A DNA stretch of 64,000 bases, from contig CAVSCK010000005.1 in assembly GCA_963726455.1 (NCBI GenBank), positions 512,001-576,000 of the forward strand, in the 5' to 3' direction. Shown here piece after piece: positions 10,416-19,678 of this stretch. Below the pieces are notes generated by a model. That model was not told the origin of the DNA. It was given only the letters and a program-made list of their open reading frames with translations, and ran no database searches. Every line of letters starts with the position of its first letter. The stretch's first letter is position 1. This DNA is from an uncultured bacterium. Its GTDB lineage: Bacteria; Zixibacteria; MSB-5A5; CAIYYT01. The translations under genes were made by a program, and so were the position numbers.

Positions 10416-11297
10416 ATGGTCGAAGATAAATATCCTAAGGTCGGGGATTACGTTGTCTGCTTCATAGATGTCCTAGGTCAACGTGCTGCGCTGAGGGCCC
10501 AACGCCAAATGCCAAGAAGCGTGGATCCTGCGGAGATTGGAAAATTTGTCGCTACGATAATGGGAACTGTTGGACAAGTTAGCTCTCTGCATCGCTACAC
10601 CCAGATGACCCTGAAAAGCATTGATTCGCGTAAATCTGCGTTGGATCCCAATCCGGATCCAGTAATCCAAGACGTGCTTGAAGCGTCTCTTCAACACAAC
10701 ATAAGACAGCAAAGGTGGTCAGATGGTATCATGCTCTTCTCATCAATAACGGAAGCCAATGAGGCCTCCAAGATGAGATGCGTTGCCTATTTGATTTACC
10801 TGGCCGGCCTCGATGTTCTCTTTGGCTTGGCCGAAGGATACGCCGTTAGAGGCGGGATCGATATCGGCTGGGCTAGTGAACTGAATCCGAGTGAATTGTA
10901 CGGTGCCGCAGTAGCCAATGCCTACGAATTGGAAAGCGAGATTGCTCAGTATCCACGAATAGTGGCGGGTGATGCGCTCATGGAATACCTCAAGGCGGCT
11001 GCGGCTCGATCTCAGCCCGGAATCGTGGAAGCCGCCAATCAGGCAGCAGCGAGGGTCGCACTTGATCTCTTGCGGCCGGATGTGGACGGCATCTATTTTG
11101 TCGACTATCTGGGTTCCGGATTCCAGATAAACATTGCTCATACAATCTATCCTGAAATGGTACGCAGAGCGTCGCAATTCATTCGTTCTGAGCTTGACCG
11201 GTTTCGCACAGAGCGCAACACAAAATTGGCCTTCCGTTATCAAGTGCTACATTCATATTTCTTAGCAAACGCGGGGGAAATGGCAGAGGAGAAGTAG
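10416..11297 (+). CDS. Divergent class III nucleotide-cyclase-like protein
   Basis: FIDVLG, WSDGI, RGGIDIG and YGAAVANAYELES..YPRI motifs. Confidence 0.6.
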   Translation: MVEDKYPKVGDYVVCFIDVLGQRAALRAQRQMPRSVDPAEIGKFVATIMGTVGQVSSLHRYTQMTLKSIDSRKSALDPNPDPVIQDVLEASLQHNIRQQRWSDGIMLFSSITEANEASKMRCVAYLIYLAGLDVLFGLAEGYAVRGGIDIGWASELNPSELYGAAVANAYELESEIAQYPRIVAGDALMEYLKAAAARSQPGIVEAANQAAARVALDLLRPDVDGIYFVDYLGSGFQINIAHTIYPEMVRRASQFIRSELDRFRTERNTKLAFRYQVLHSYFLANAGEMAEEK

Positions 11298-11566
11298 CTC
11301 AGTTGACCGCCCCTCGGGGCCATCGCCGATACAATTCAAACGCTCCCCGCTTAATTCTTTCAATCTTGCTACTCCCTGACCGATAATGTGGCTCAACAAA
11401 CCCAACATTCCCTCTTCTCAACTTCGTACCCTACTCAGCGAGTGGGATATTCTGATATGAACAGCTCCCCTCAGCATCCTCATCTCCCGTTGGCGAGCCA
11501 GTGTTCGCCATCACCGGACGAGAAACCCGACATTCGCTCTTCTCAACCTCGTGATACCCACAAAGC

Positions 11567-11593
11567 AAAAGGGAGAAGCATCCGCTTCTCCCT
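11567..11593 (-). terminator. Intrinsic terminator after the sORF / nnr transcript
   Basis: AGGGAGAAGC-GGAT-GCTTCTCCCT hairpin followed by a T run on the minus strand. Confidence 0.75.
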
Positions 11594-11621
11594 CGTGCCA
11601 TTGCAACCTGTTTTCCCGTCT

Positions 11622-11747
11622 CTAATTTCTCGGAGCAAAGTGCGTCTGGCTGTCCTGTCGACCGTCCCCGACACGTATCGGAATCGGCTGCGGGTGTCTC
11701 CCGCCGATCAAGTCCAGCAATATGTCAATCAGTTTTCTCAGCATCAT
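11622..11747 (-). CDS. Unannotated 41-aa small protein with a PxPIPIR motif
   Basis: MMLRKLIDILLDLIGGRHPQPIPIRVGDGRQDSQTHFAPRN; purine-rich RBS (GAGTAGGAAG); terminator directly downstream. Confidence 0.6.
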   Translation of the reverse strand: MMLRKLIDILLDLIGGRHPQPIPIRVGDGRQDSQTHFAPRN

Positions 11748-11794
11748 GGTCTTCCTACTCTTTGTACACATACGCGCGGAGGAGTTCCCCGGAT

Positions 11795-13342
11795 TCAGTC
11801 TTTTATGATCTTGAACGCTTTGGGCAGGAAATTCACGATATCGCCGGCAGCCATTCCAAACGTGCCGATCGACTTCTGCGCGAGGTCACCGGCCAGTCCA
11901 TGCAGATAGGCGCCGCAGACGGCGGCATCCAGCGGCTTCATTCGCAGCGCCAGCATCGCGCCGATCACTCCGGTCAAGACGTCACCCGAGCCGCCCGTCG
12001 CCATACCGGCATTACCGGTAGGATTGATATAGGCGGTACCATCCGGCGTGGCGATCACGGTGGGCGCGCCTTTGAGCAGTACCACCTTGCCGATTTCGGA
12101 GGCCAGAGCTATCGCATTTCCGAGCCGATCCTTACTGACTTCGGCCATTGGTTTGCCGGTCAACCGGGCGAACTCGCCAACGTGCGGTGTCAGCACCAGA
12201 TCCACCGGACAGGCACGCAGCAGGTCAGTCTTTCCGGAGAACGCAAACAACCCGTCAGCATCAAGAGTCGCCGGTTTGGACAGGCATGGCTATCAGCCGA
12301 CGAAACAGCTCCATCGTTTCGTGATGCCGACCTACCCCAGGGCCGAGGCAAACGGCATCCGCAAGTGCCACATTCTCAAGGATCACTCCCGAGCGATCTG
12401 ACCGCCAAGCAACGGCGGTTCTTGATCTCCGGGAGCGGCTTGGTCATGGCTTCAGTAAGTTTGACTTCTAGTATGTCATTCAATTCCTTGGGAATACCGA
12501 CAGTCACCAGACCAGCTCCTGACTTAACGGCAGCTTCGGCAGCCAAAGTGGCAGCACCAGTCGAGACCAACCGAGCCAGCAACAATAAATAGCTTACCGG
12601 CATCACCCTTGTGGGCGGTCGGACTACGATCAGGTATAAGTTGTTTGACCTCGATGGAATTTGTCAGGTTAATACGGATGTCTTCCTTGTCCACTGCCTC
12701 ACGTGGCATGCCAATATCGATCGTCTTGATCTGGCCGCAGTATCCCCGACCGGGATAGAAGTACTGTCCGATTTTGGGTAGACCGAGTGTCGCGGTATAG
12801 GAGGCCTTAATACACGAACCCGCGACCTCGCCGGTGTCGTTGTTCAGACCAGATGGGGTGTCGACTGCGAGAATAGGTATACCACTGGAGTTGATATAGT
12901 CAATAAGCTTGGCTGTGTGGGATTCGACCTGTCCGCGGAAGCCGGTGCCAAAGATGGCATCGACGACCATATCGAAACCGGAAACCATCGGCAGGACGGT
13001 CAGGGCTGAGATGTTGCTGATGCGGATTCCGATCTGCTCGATCTTCTGCAGATTGACCAGCGCATCCCCCTCGATTTGTTTGCGCTCAGCGAGTAAGAAT
13101 ACCTGAACCTGTGCGCCCCACGAGTGAAGATAGCGCGCGATCACGTAGCCGTCACCGCCGTTGTTGCCGCGACCGCAGAAAATGGCGACCCGTTTGGATT
13201 TGGTCTCGCCTGCAAGGATGTCTTTGATGTGATGTGCAATTCCCCGGCCGGCATTTTCCATCAATTCGAGGCCGGGGACTCCCATTCCCTGGATAGCGCG
13301 CTTGTCAATCGAGCGCATCTGTTGAGCAGTTACCAGCTTCAT
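11795..13342 (-). CDS. nnr: Bifunctional NAD(P)HX epimerase/dehydratase (NnrE-NnrD, YjeF); several frameshifts between about 12250 and 12600
   Basis: [59 protein letters not shown] and [13 protein letters not shown] motifs across several ORF pieces. Confidence 0.9.
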
Positions 13343-15715
13343 CGCGAATGCAATGTGGTATCTTTTTTCTTGCCCGCAAATGCAATATCAAGAACCTGAT
13401 CGATATGCTCGACGAAGTGGAACCGGAAATGCGCTTTGATCTCTTTGGGCAGATCGGCAAGATCCTTCTCGTTATCCGCCGGCACAATGATTTCCTTGAA
13501 ACCATAGCGTAACGCGGCCAGGCATTTTTCTTTCAGGCCACCGATCGGCAGCACCATGCCGCGCAGCGTGATTTCGCCCGTCATGCTGAGTTTGGGCCGC
13601 ACCGGGCGCTTGGTCAGCAGACTGACCAATGCCGTCGCGATCGTGATACCTGCCGACGGTCCATCTTTCGGCACCGCTCCGGCCGGCACGTGAACGTGGA
13701 TATCGGTCTTTTCAAAGAATGTCGGATCGATGCCAAGGTCTTTGGCGCAGGAGCGGACGCAGGAGAGCGCCGTCTGCACTGATTCCTTCATCACGTCGCC
13801 AAGCTGTCCGGTCAGCGTCAATCCCGATTTGCCCACCATCTGCGTGACTTCTATATAGAGGATGTCGCCGCCGGTCGAGGTGTACGCCAGACCCGGCACC
13901 ACACCGATTTCTCCCTGTCGCGGCAGTTTGTCAAACAGGAACCTTTCAGCGCCCAGATACTCCGGGACATCCTCCGGATGAATTGTCGATTTGGTCTTAA
14001 TGCCGGAGGCAACTTTCTTGGCGATCTTGCGGCAAACGTTGGCAATTTCGCGGTCGAGGTTGCGCAGCCCTGATTCGCGCGTGTAATTCTGAATAATCTT
14101 GAGCACGGTCTCGTCCGGCATAATAAACTGCGTCGGTTTGAGGCCGTGGTTTTCAATTTCGCGCGGAATCAGATATTTCTTGGCGATCTGCAGTTTCTCG
14201 CGGTCGGTGTAGCCGGGAAGGCGAATCACTTCCATGCGATCCAGCAGCACCGAAGGAATCGTGTCGAGAATGTTCGCCGTCGTGATGAACATGACCTTCG
14301 ACAAGTCGAACGGCACATCGAGATAGTGATCGGAGAACGTGTTGTTCTGTTCCGGATCGAGCACTTCCAGCAACGCCGAGGACGGATCGCCGCGGAAGTC
14401 TTTGCCGATCTTGTCGACCTCGTCCAGCATCAGCACCGGATTGTTTGAATCGCAACGGCGAATACTCTGGATGATTCTGCCGGGCAGCGAGCCGACATAG
14501 GTGCGGCGATGACCGCGGATTTCGGCTTCGTCATGCATACCGCCCAGCGAAATGCGCGCGAACTTGCGGCCCATCGCACGGGCAATTGACCGACCCAGTG
14601 AAGTCTTGCCTACGCCCGGAGGGCCGACGAAACAAAGGATCGGACCCTTGAGGTCGGACTTGAGCTTGCGTACGGCGAGAAATTCCAGAATGCGCTCTTT
14701 GACCTTTTCGAGACCGTGATGATCTTCGTCGAGAATCTTCGTGCGCTTTCCTGATATCAAGTTCTTCCGGCGTGGAGCGCTCCCACGGCAGTGATACCAG
14801 CCAATCGAGATAGGTGCGGCTGACCGTGTACTCCGCCGCTGACGGATTCATTTTGCTGAGACGATCGAGTTCTTTTTCGGCGGCTTCGCGCGCCAATTGC
14901 GGCAGACCACCCTCTTCGATCTTCTTCTTGAACTCGCCGATTTCGGCAGTACGATCGTCATCTTCGCCCAGTTCCTTGCGGATGGCTTTGAGTTGCTCGC
15001 GCAGGATATAGTCGCGCTGCATCTTGCCCATTTCGCTGGCGGCTTCCGCCTGAATCTTCTGTGACAATTCCAGCACTCCGACTTCGCGATTCAGATGGGT
15101 GACCAGCTTTTCCAGACGCTTCTGGACATCATAGGTTTCGAGCAGATCTTGTTTGTCGGCGATATTCAGATTAAGATTCGACGCAGCATAATCGGCCAGC
15201 TTGGATGCGCTTTCCTGATTGATGGCGGTAATATAGATTTCCTCGGAGACATTCGGCGCCAGATCGACGACTTTCTTCAGCAGGTCGAGGCAGTTGCGCT
15301 TGAGCGCTTCGATCTTGACCGAAGTGGTCTCGGTCTCCTCATAGATGTCCATCTCCGCCTGCATGTAGGGCTCGGTCTCAACGACTTTCTTGATGCGTAT
15401 ACGATGCAAACCCTGCACCAGAAAACGCACAGAACCATCGGGGAAGCGCAGCATCTTGAGCACGGTCGCGGCCGTGCCGACGTGATAGATGTCGTCCGGA
15501 CCCGGATTGGGGGTAGTCGATTCTTTTTGGGTGAACAGGCCAATGACCTTGCCGCCCATGAGAGCGTCATCCACCAGCTTGGCCTGCTTCTGATCGACAA
15601 TCATCAGCGGCATCACCAGATATGGGAAAACCACCATTCCCTTGACGGGAAGGCAGGGCATCAAATCGTTTTTCACCGGTTGAATTTCATCCTTGACCAG
15701 CATTTGCGTTTCCAA
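13339..15715 (-). CDS. lon: ATP-dependent Lon protease; one frameshift near 14742
   Basis: N-domain ORF 14531-15829 plus ORF 13339-14760 carrying [14 protein letters not shown] and PKDGPSAG; GAGGAGG RBS before TTG 15715. Confidence 0.95.
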
Positions 15716-15853
15716 TGGTACCTCCTCTGTTGTCGACGGCCACAATAATAGCAATCGTTCCAGCCCTATAATCGGGACGCACCCTCCTTTGTTCCATTTA
15801 TATATACAGTTATCGTATGTTTTTGGCAAAAGGTTGAATGGCGGGCGAGTTTC

Positions 15854-16197
15854 GGTAGGATAAACATTCTTGTTTGTCCGTCAGACCATCACTGCAAATG
15901 GTCAAACAGGAATGTTTAACCTACCGACGTATCTGCCGCAATTGGGTGGGATAAACATTCTTGTTTGTCCGTCGGCCCGCCACGTCAAAAGGTCAAACAG
16001 GAATGTTTAACCTACCGACGTATCTGCCGCAGTGCGGTGGGATAAACATTCTTGTTTGTCCGTCAGCCCGCCACGTCAAAAGGTCAAACAGGAATGTTTA
16101 ACCTACCGACGTATCTGCCGCAGTTGGGTGGGATAAACATTCTTGTCTGTCCGTCAGCCGCCACGTCAAAAGGTCAGACAGGAATGTTTAACCTACC
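15854..16197. repeat. Tandem array of four 91-bp REP-doublet (BIME-like) units
   Basis: Units start at 15854, 15945, 16036 and 16127; each is GGTRGGATAAACATTCTTGTYTGTCC, about 20 nt, then GGTCARACAGGAATGTTTAACCTACC (inverted arms). Confidence 0.9.
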
Positions 16198-16328
16198 CGG
16201 CCTGCTCGGGGCAGAGGAATATGTGTTGCCCTCGCACGCTGGAGCGTTATATTTCGACATTGATGTAGTGGTTCGGTGAACCTCTGTCAACGGCGTTCGA
16301 TGAGAACGAATGGGGAAAGGCACTTCTA

Positions 16329-17897
16329 ATGAGACGATTCGGGCTTTCTCGTGTGCGAGTGATCCTGGTCATCGCGGTCGCAGCAAGCGTAATCACGTTC
16401 CTGGTTCTGCTCATCGGCGGCTGCAGTCGGCCGATGACAGATGCCGAGGCATCAGCCGCGCTAGTCAAAGGGTGTAACCACAACGTCAATCAATTCCTGC
16501 TCGACAAGCTGGAGCAGAACCGGATCGTCATGCTTGCCGACGCCGGCCATGGAAGATCGCTCTATTTGCAGACCGTGATTTCCTTCTTGAATTATTGGCT
16601 CGATTCGCTCGAAACTTCGACCAATACCGATCTGCGCCTTCCCGCCAAGTTGATCCTGGTGCTGGAAACCGATTCAGCAGAGGGTACGCGTCTCGAGCGA
16701 TTTTTCAAGACGGGCAACATCTACGACGCCATGGACATTCGCCTCGCAACGGCGACTCAATTCAGTTGGGAGAAAGTTGAATTCTACAGTGATCTTCGAG
16801 ACATTTGGCTTCGGGCAGGCAAGTATCAGGCAGGTCAGAGCAACACCCGTAATTTCCTTTTTGAAATCTGCTGTCCCGAATCGACAATCGACGCGCAACT
16901 TTGGTCAAGAGCCAGAGGCGCCCAGTTCTTCTTCCATGAAAGAGACGAATACTCATCATCCCAGATCATCGCGAGATTGGATTCAGACCCGGAGGCCAAG
17001 GCCCTCATCTTCTATGGCGCAGCTCATTTAAATCGAGAGCGAACTGTCAAAATGGCGGACAGTCTCAGGGCTGAGGGTTACTTTATGGCGCACTACCTTC
17101 AAGAGCGCTATGGCGACAAAACTGGACTCTATACAGTCTTTCAGTTGCCGATTTCCGAGGCGAGAGCATACTCCATGTTATTTGACGCGCCCGGCTCGAC
17201 GTATGCCATCGACAACTCCGTCATAGCAGGTGCAAATTCTCTTGAGCGGATGGCTACCAACACTCACGGAGGTTCAATTTTCTGGTATTGCAGCCCGTCG
17301 CCGTCAGTGCCAGTTGCGCGCACTTCTACGATGAATCTGGCGAAATTTCTGGCGCAACGACTTGACATTCTGGCGAACATTGACAACGAGTTCAATAGGA
17401 TGGGAATGAATGAAGCCATGAGATTCCTTCATACAATCTCTGGCGTTCCGCTGAGTCCAATTCGTTGGCACGACAGCCTCGAAGTTTCACAGGTTCTCCA
17501 CAGGTGGCTGACTTGGTCGGATACGGCACACGTTGATGCGGTAAGAGATATCACAAGTCTGGCTCTCTGGAAAAGACTGGTCGACAACATGGCGGGGGAA
17601 GATAGAACGTACACTTCGGCCTACGAAACACTTATTGGCTGGTGGGCCGGCTTCACACCGTACCACGACACCACCATGACTCCGCGTGAACGAGCCGATG
17701 AATGCTGGCAGTTCATCCAGACTAACCGTTCTCGAATCGTGATCAACAACCTGATTCCGATTCTGTGGCTGGGGAATCCCGACGAAATCGCCAAAGCGAA
17801 GGACGCCTTGACCAAGGAAACGGGCCTGCATTGGAGTACTGCGAAAGAATGGACGTTGTGGTGGCGACGAAATTACGTCGCGTTGCCGGAGATATGA
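16329..17897 (+). CDS. Lipoprotein with probable EreA/ChaN/TraB-superfamily domain
   Basis: Lipobox LIGGC; IVMLADAGH, LVLE, ERDE and IFYGAAHL motifs. Confidence 0.55.
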   Translation: MRRFGLSRVRVILVIAVAASVITFLVLLIGGCSRPMTDAEASAALVKGCNHNVNQFLLDKLEQNRIVMLADAGHGRSLYLQTVISFLNYWLDSLETSTNTDLRLPAKLILVLETDSAEGTRLERFFKTGNIYDAMDIRLATATQFSWEKVEFYSDLRDIWLRAGKYQAGQSNTRNFLFEICCPESTIDAQLWSRARGAQFFFHERDEYSSSQIIARLDSDPEAKALIFYGAAHLNRERTVKMADSLRAEGYFMAHYLQERYGDKTGLYTVFQLPISEARAYSMLFDAPGSTYAIDNSVIAGANSLERMATNTHGGSIFWYCSPSPSVPVARTSTMNLAKFLAQRLDILANIDNEFNRMGMNEAMRFLHTISGVPLSPIRWHDSLEVSQVLHRWLTWSDTAHVDAVRDITSLALWKRLVDNMAGEDRTYTSAYETLIGWWAGFTPYHDTTMTPRERADECWQFIQTNRSRIVINNLIPILWLGNPDEIAKAKDALTKETGLHWSTAKEWTLWWRRNYVALPEI

Positions 17898-17920
17898 CGC
17901 ATATTCTTTGGCATCACATG

Positions 17921-18242
17921 CAGTAGCACGAACATTCCTGTTTGTCCCCGCATTTGTAGGTCAGTGAGCCCGGCCCCGAGTCAGTTGAAAATCCGTAGTC
18001 AAACCAACATCCGGGCGTGAACAGTGCCGGCGACGTGTCAAATGAGGGCTCCTGACGGTTTCATTAGATATCCTTGCCTGAAGAAGTCAGGAGCCCTCGC
18101 TTGAACAGACACCGATTCCTGTTCGCCACGCGAATTTGAATCGTCGGGAAAATCGCATGAAACATTCGTCGGGCTCGCTGACCTACTTCGATGTTTGTCT
18201 TTTCAAGCGATGACGCGACATGCAAGAATGCTTATCCTACTG
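17921..18242. repeat. Nested palindromic element: outer REP pair enclosing a roughly 230-bp long-hairpin element
   Basis: Outer CAGTAG..ACATTCCTGTTTGTCC / GACATGCAAGAATGCTTATCCTACTG; inner GTAGGTCAGTGAGCCCG / CGGGCTCGCTGACCTAC; innermost GAGGGCTCCTGAC / GTCAGGAGCCCTC. Confidence 0.8.
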
Positions 18243-18273
18243 AACCAACATCGCACGAAATCGAGTCTTCGCT

Positions 18274-19437
18274 CTACTGGCAACCCTCGCAGGGAGCCGG
18301 ACCGTCCCTGAAGATGTAATTCACCATATAGACGGCGTCCGCAATATTGAAATCACCGCTGCAATCGATGTCGCCGTGCCTGATATCCAATGGAGCAGGG
18401 CCGTCGTAAAGGAAAATGTATCGGATCAAGTAAACGACGTCCGCCAGATCGTAGTTCGCACTGCCGTCGAAGTCGCCGCACATGGCCAAAATCCGGAAGC
18501 CGCCGGGCATGACCAGATTCGGATCGAAGTGATCATTTACATGGACATCCCAAGGCCCCATTAAGGCAACCGAGGGAATAGCGATGTGCGCCTGAAGTTG
18601 GCTGGGTGAAAGAACGTTTACGGCATCGCAATTGAGAGTCGTGCTGGCTCTGGCGAAGTAGACTTCCGTCGCGCTCCCCTGGCCAAAATGAGTCCCCGTC
18701 CCACTGATTGTGACCCAGAGATCGCTGCTGCGCCCCGCGCTGTCGGGTGTAATCGAGATGAGTGCTCCCGGTTCATAAATCTTGAATGGCGAAATACTTT
18801 GCGCCTGTGGATAGTCCAATGTCCAGACCCAGGCAGTCACTTTGCCGGTCATCACATCCTGCGGAATCTGGAACCGAGCGTTCAAATGGTAGCGATCAAT
18901 TACATTCACGGTCGTTGCCGGTATATCAATCAACTGGGACGCTTGATGAAACCAGACAAGCGTCGTGCTGGCCATACCGAAATAGGTGTCGGTTCCGGTC
19001 ATGGCAACCCAAAGGTCGGCGCCGCGGGCACCGCTGTCGGGAACCATTGATACTATCTTCGGGTCAGGATTTACCGCAAGACCACTATATAGAATGAGCG
19101 GACCTATGACTGGATCGATTACGTTCACGTCCCACGCTCCGTAAGGAGCATTTGCCGGAATTGTCAGATAAATGTTTATGCTCGTCATCGATGTCGGGTT
19201 TATCCAACTGGGAACGATCGTGGAGCTTCCCTGCTCGAACCACACCGTCGGACTGCCCATCGAAAAATAGGTGTCCTGTCCCGTGATCGTGACGCCAAGG
19301 GTCTGACCCCGCAATGCCCAGTTCGGTTCAACGCTAACAAGGCCGGGGAAAACGCGGTTGGAATTATCATCGGCTGCGGCTGACGTTGCGCATAGCAGCA
19401 GCAATAGAAAGACCAAAAACAATAACCTCTGTTTCAT
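18274..19437 (-). CDS. Secreted protein with three Ig-like (IPT/TIG-type) repeats and a C-terminal dockerin-like domain
   Basis: Repeats of the form (S)xPDS..RG..LWVxxTGTDTxF; CGDFDGS..DLADVVYLIRYIF; YIFRDGPAPC. Confidence 0.75.
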   Translation of the reverse strand: MKQRLLFLVFLLLLLCATSAAADDNSNRVFPGLVSVEPNWALRGQTLGVTITGQDTYFSMGSPTVWFEQGSSTIVPSWINPTSMTSINIYLTIPANAPYGAWDVNVIDPVIGPLILYSGLAVNPDPKIVSMVPDSGARGADLWVAMTGTDTYFGMASTTLVWFHQASQLIDIPATTVNVIDRYHLNARFQIPQDVMTGKVTAWVWTLDYPQAQSISPFKIYEPGALISITPDSAGRSSDLWVTISGTGTHFGQGSATEVYFARASTTLNCDAVNVLSPSQLQAHIAIPSVALMGPWDVHVNDHFDPNLVMPGGFRILAMCGDFDGSANYDLADVVYLIRYIFLYDGPAPLDIRHGDIDCSGDFNIADAVYMVNYIFRDGPAPCEGCQ

Positions 19438-19678
19438 GTCCACTCCCTAAAGCTGACGCCTGAGACGCCAAACCTCACGATATTGAAGAATGTTGAATCT
19501 GGCATAAGATAGCCATTATAAAACCAGAGTCAAGCGGAATTATGATCGAAGAAGACAATCGAACGGCCATTGGCTTCATAGCGGCAAAGAGCTTGCACAG
19601 GAAAGGGAAATCGGATATCCTTTCCTATCAAATGATTCCGTCCGTAACTGAGCCGTTGCGCCGAGGCGCCGAGTTCCT

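Noticed and set aside
11388-12592. Plus-strand ORFs 11388-11909 and 11762-12592
   Set aside because: They cross a terminator, the sORF and nnr in antisense, and have non-protein-like composition.
15854-16197. CRISPR array
   Set aside because: The would-be spacers are near-identical, the repeats alternate in orientation, and no cas genes are present; REP/BIME fits better.
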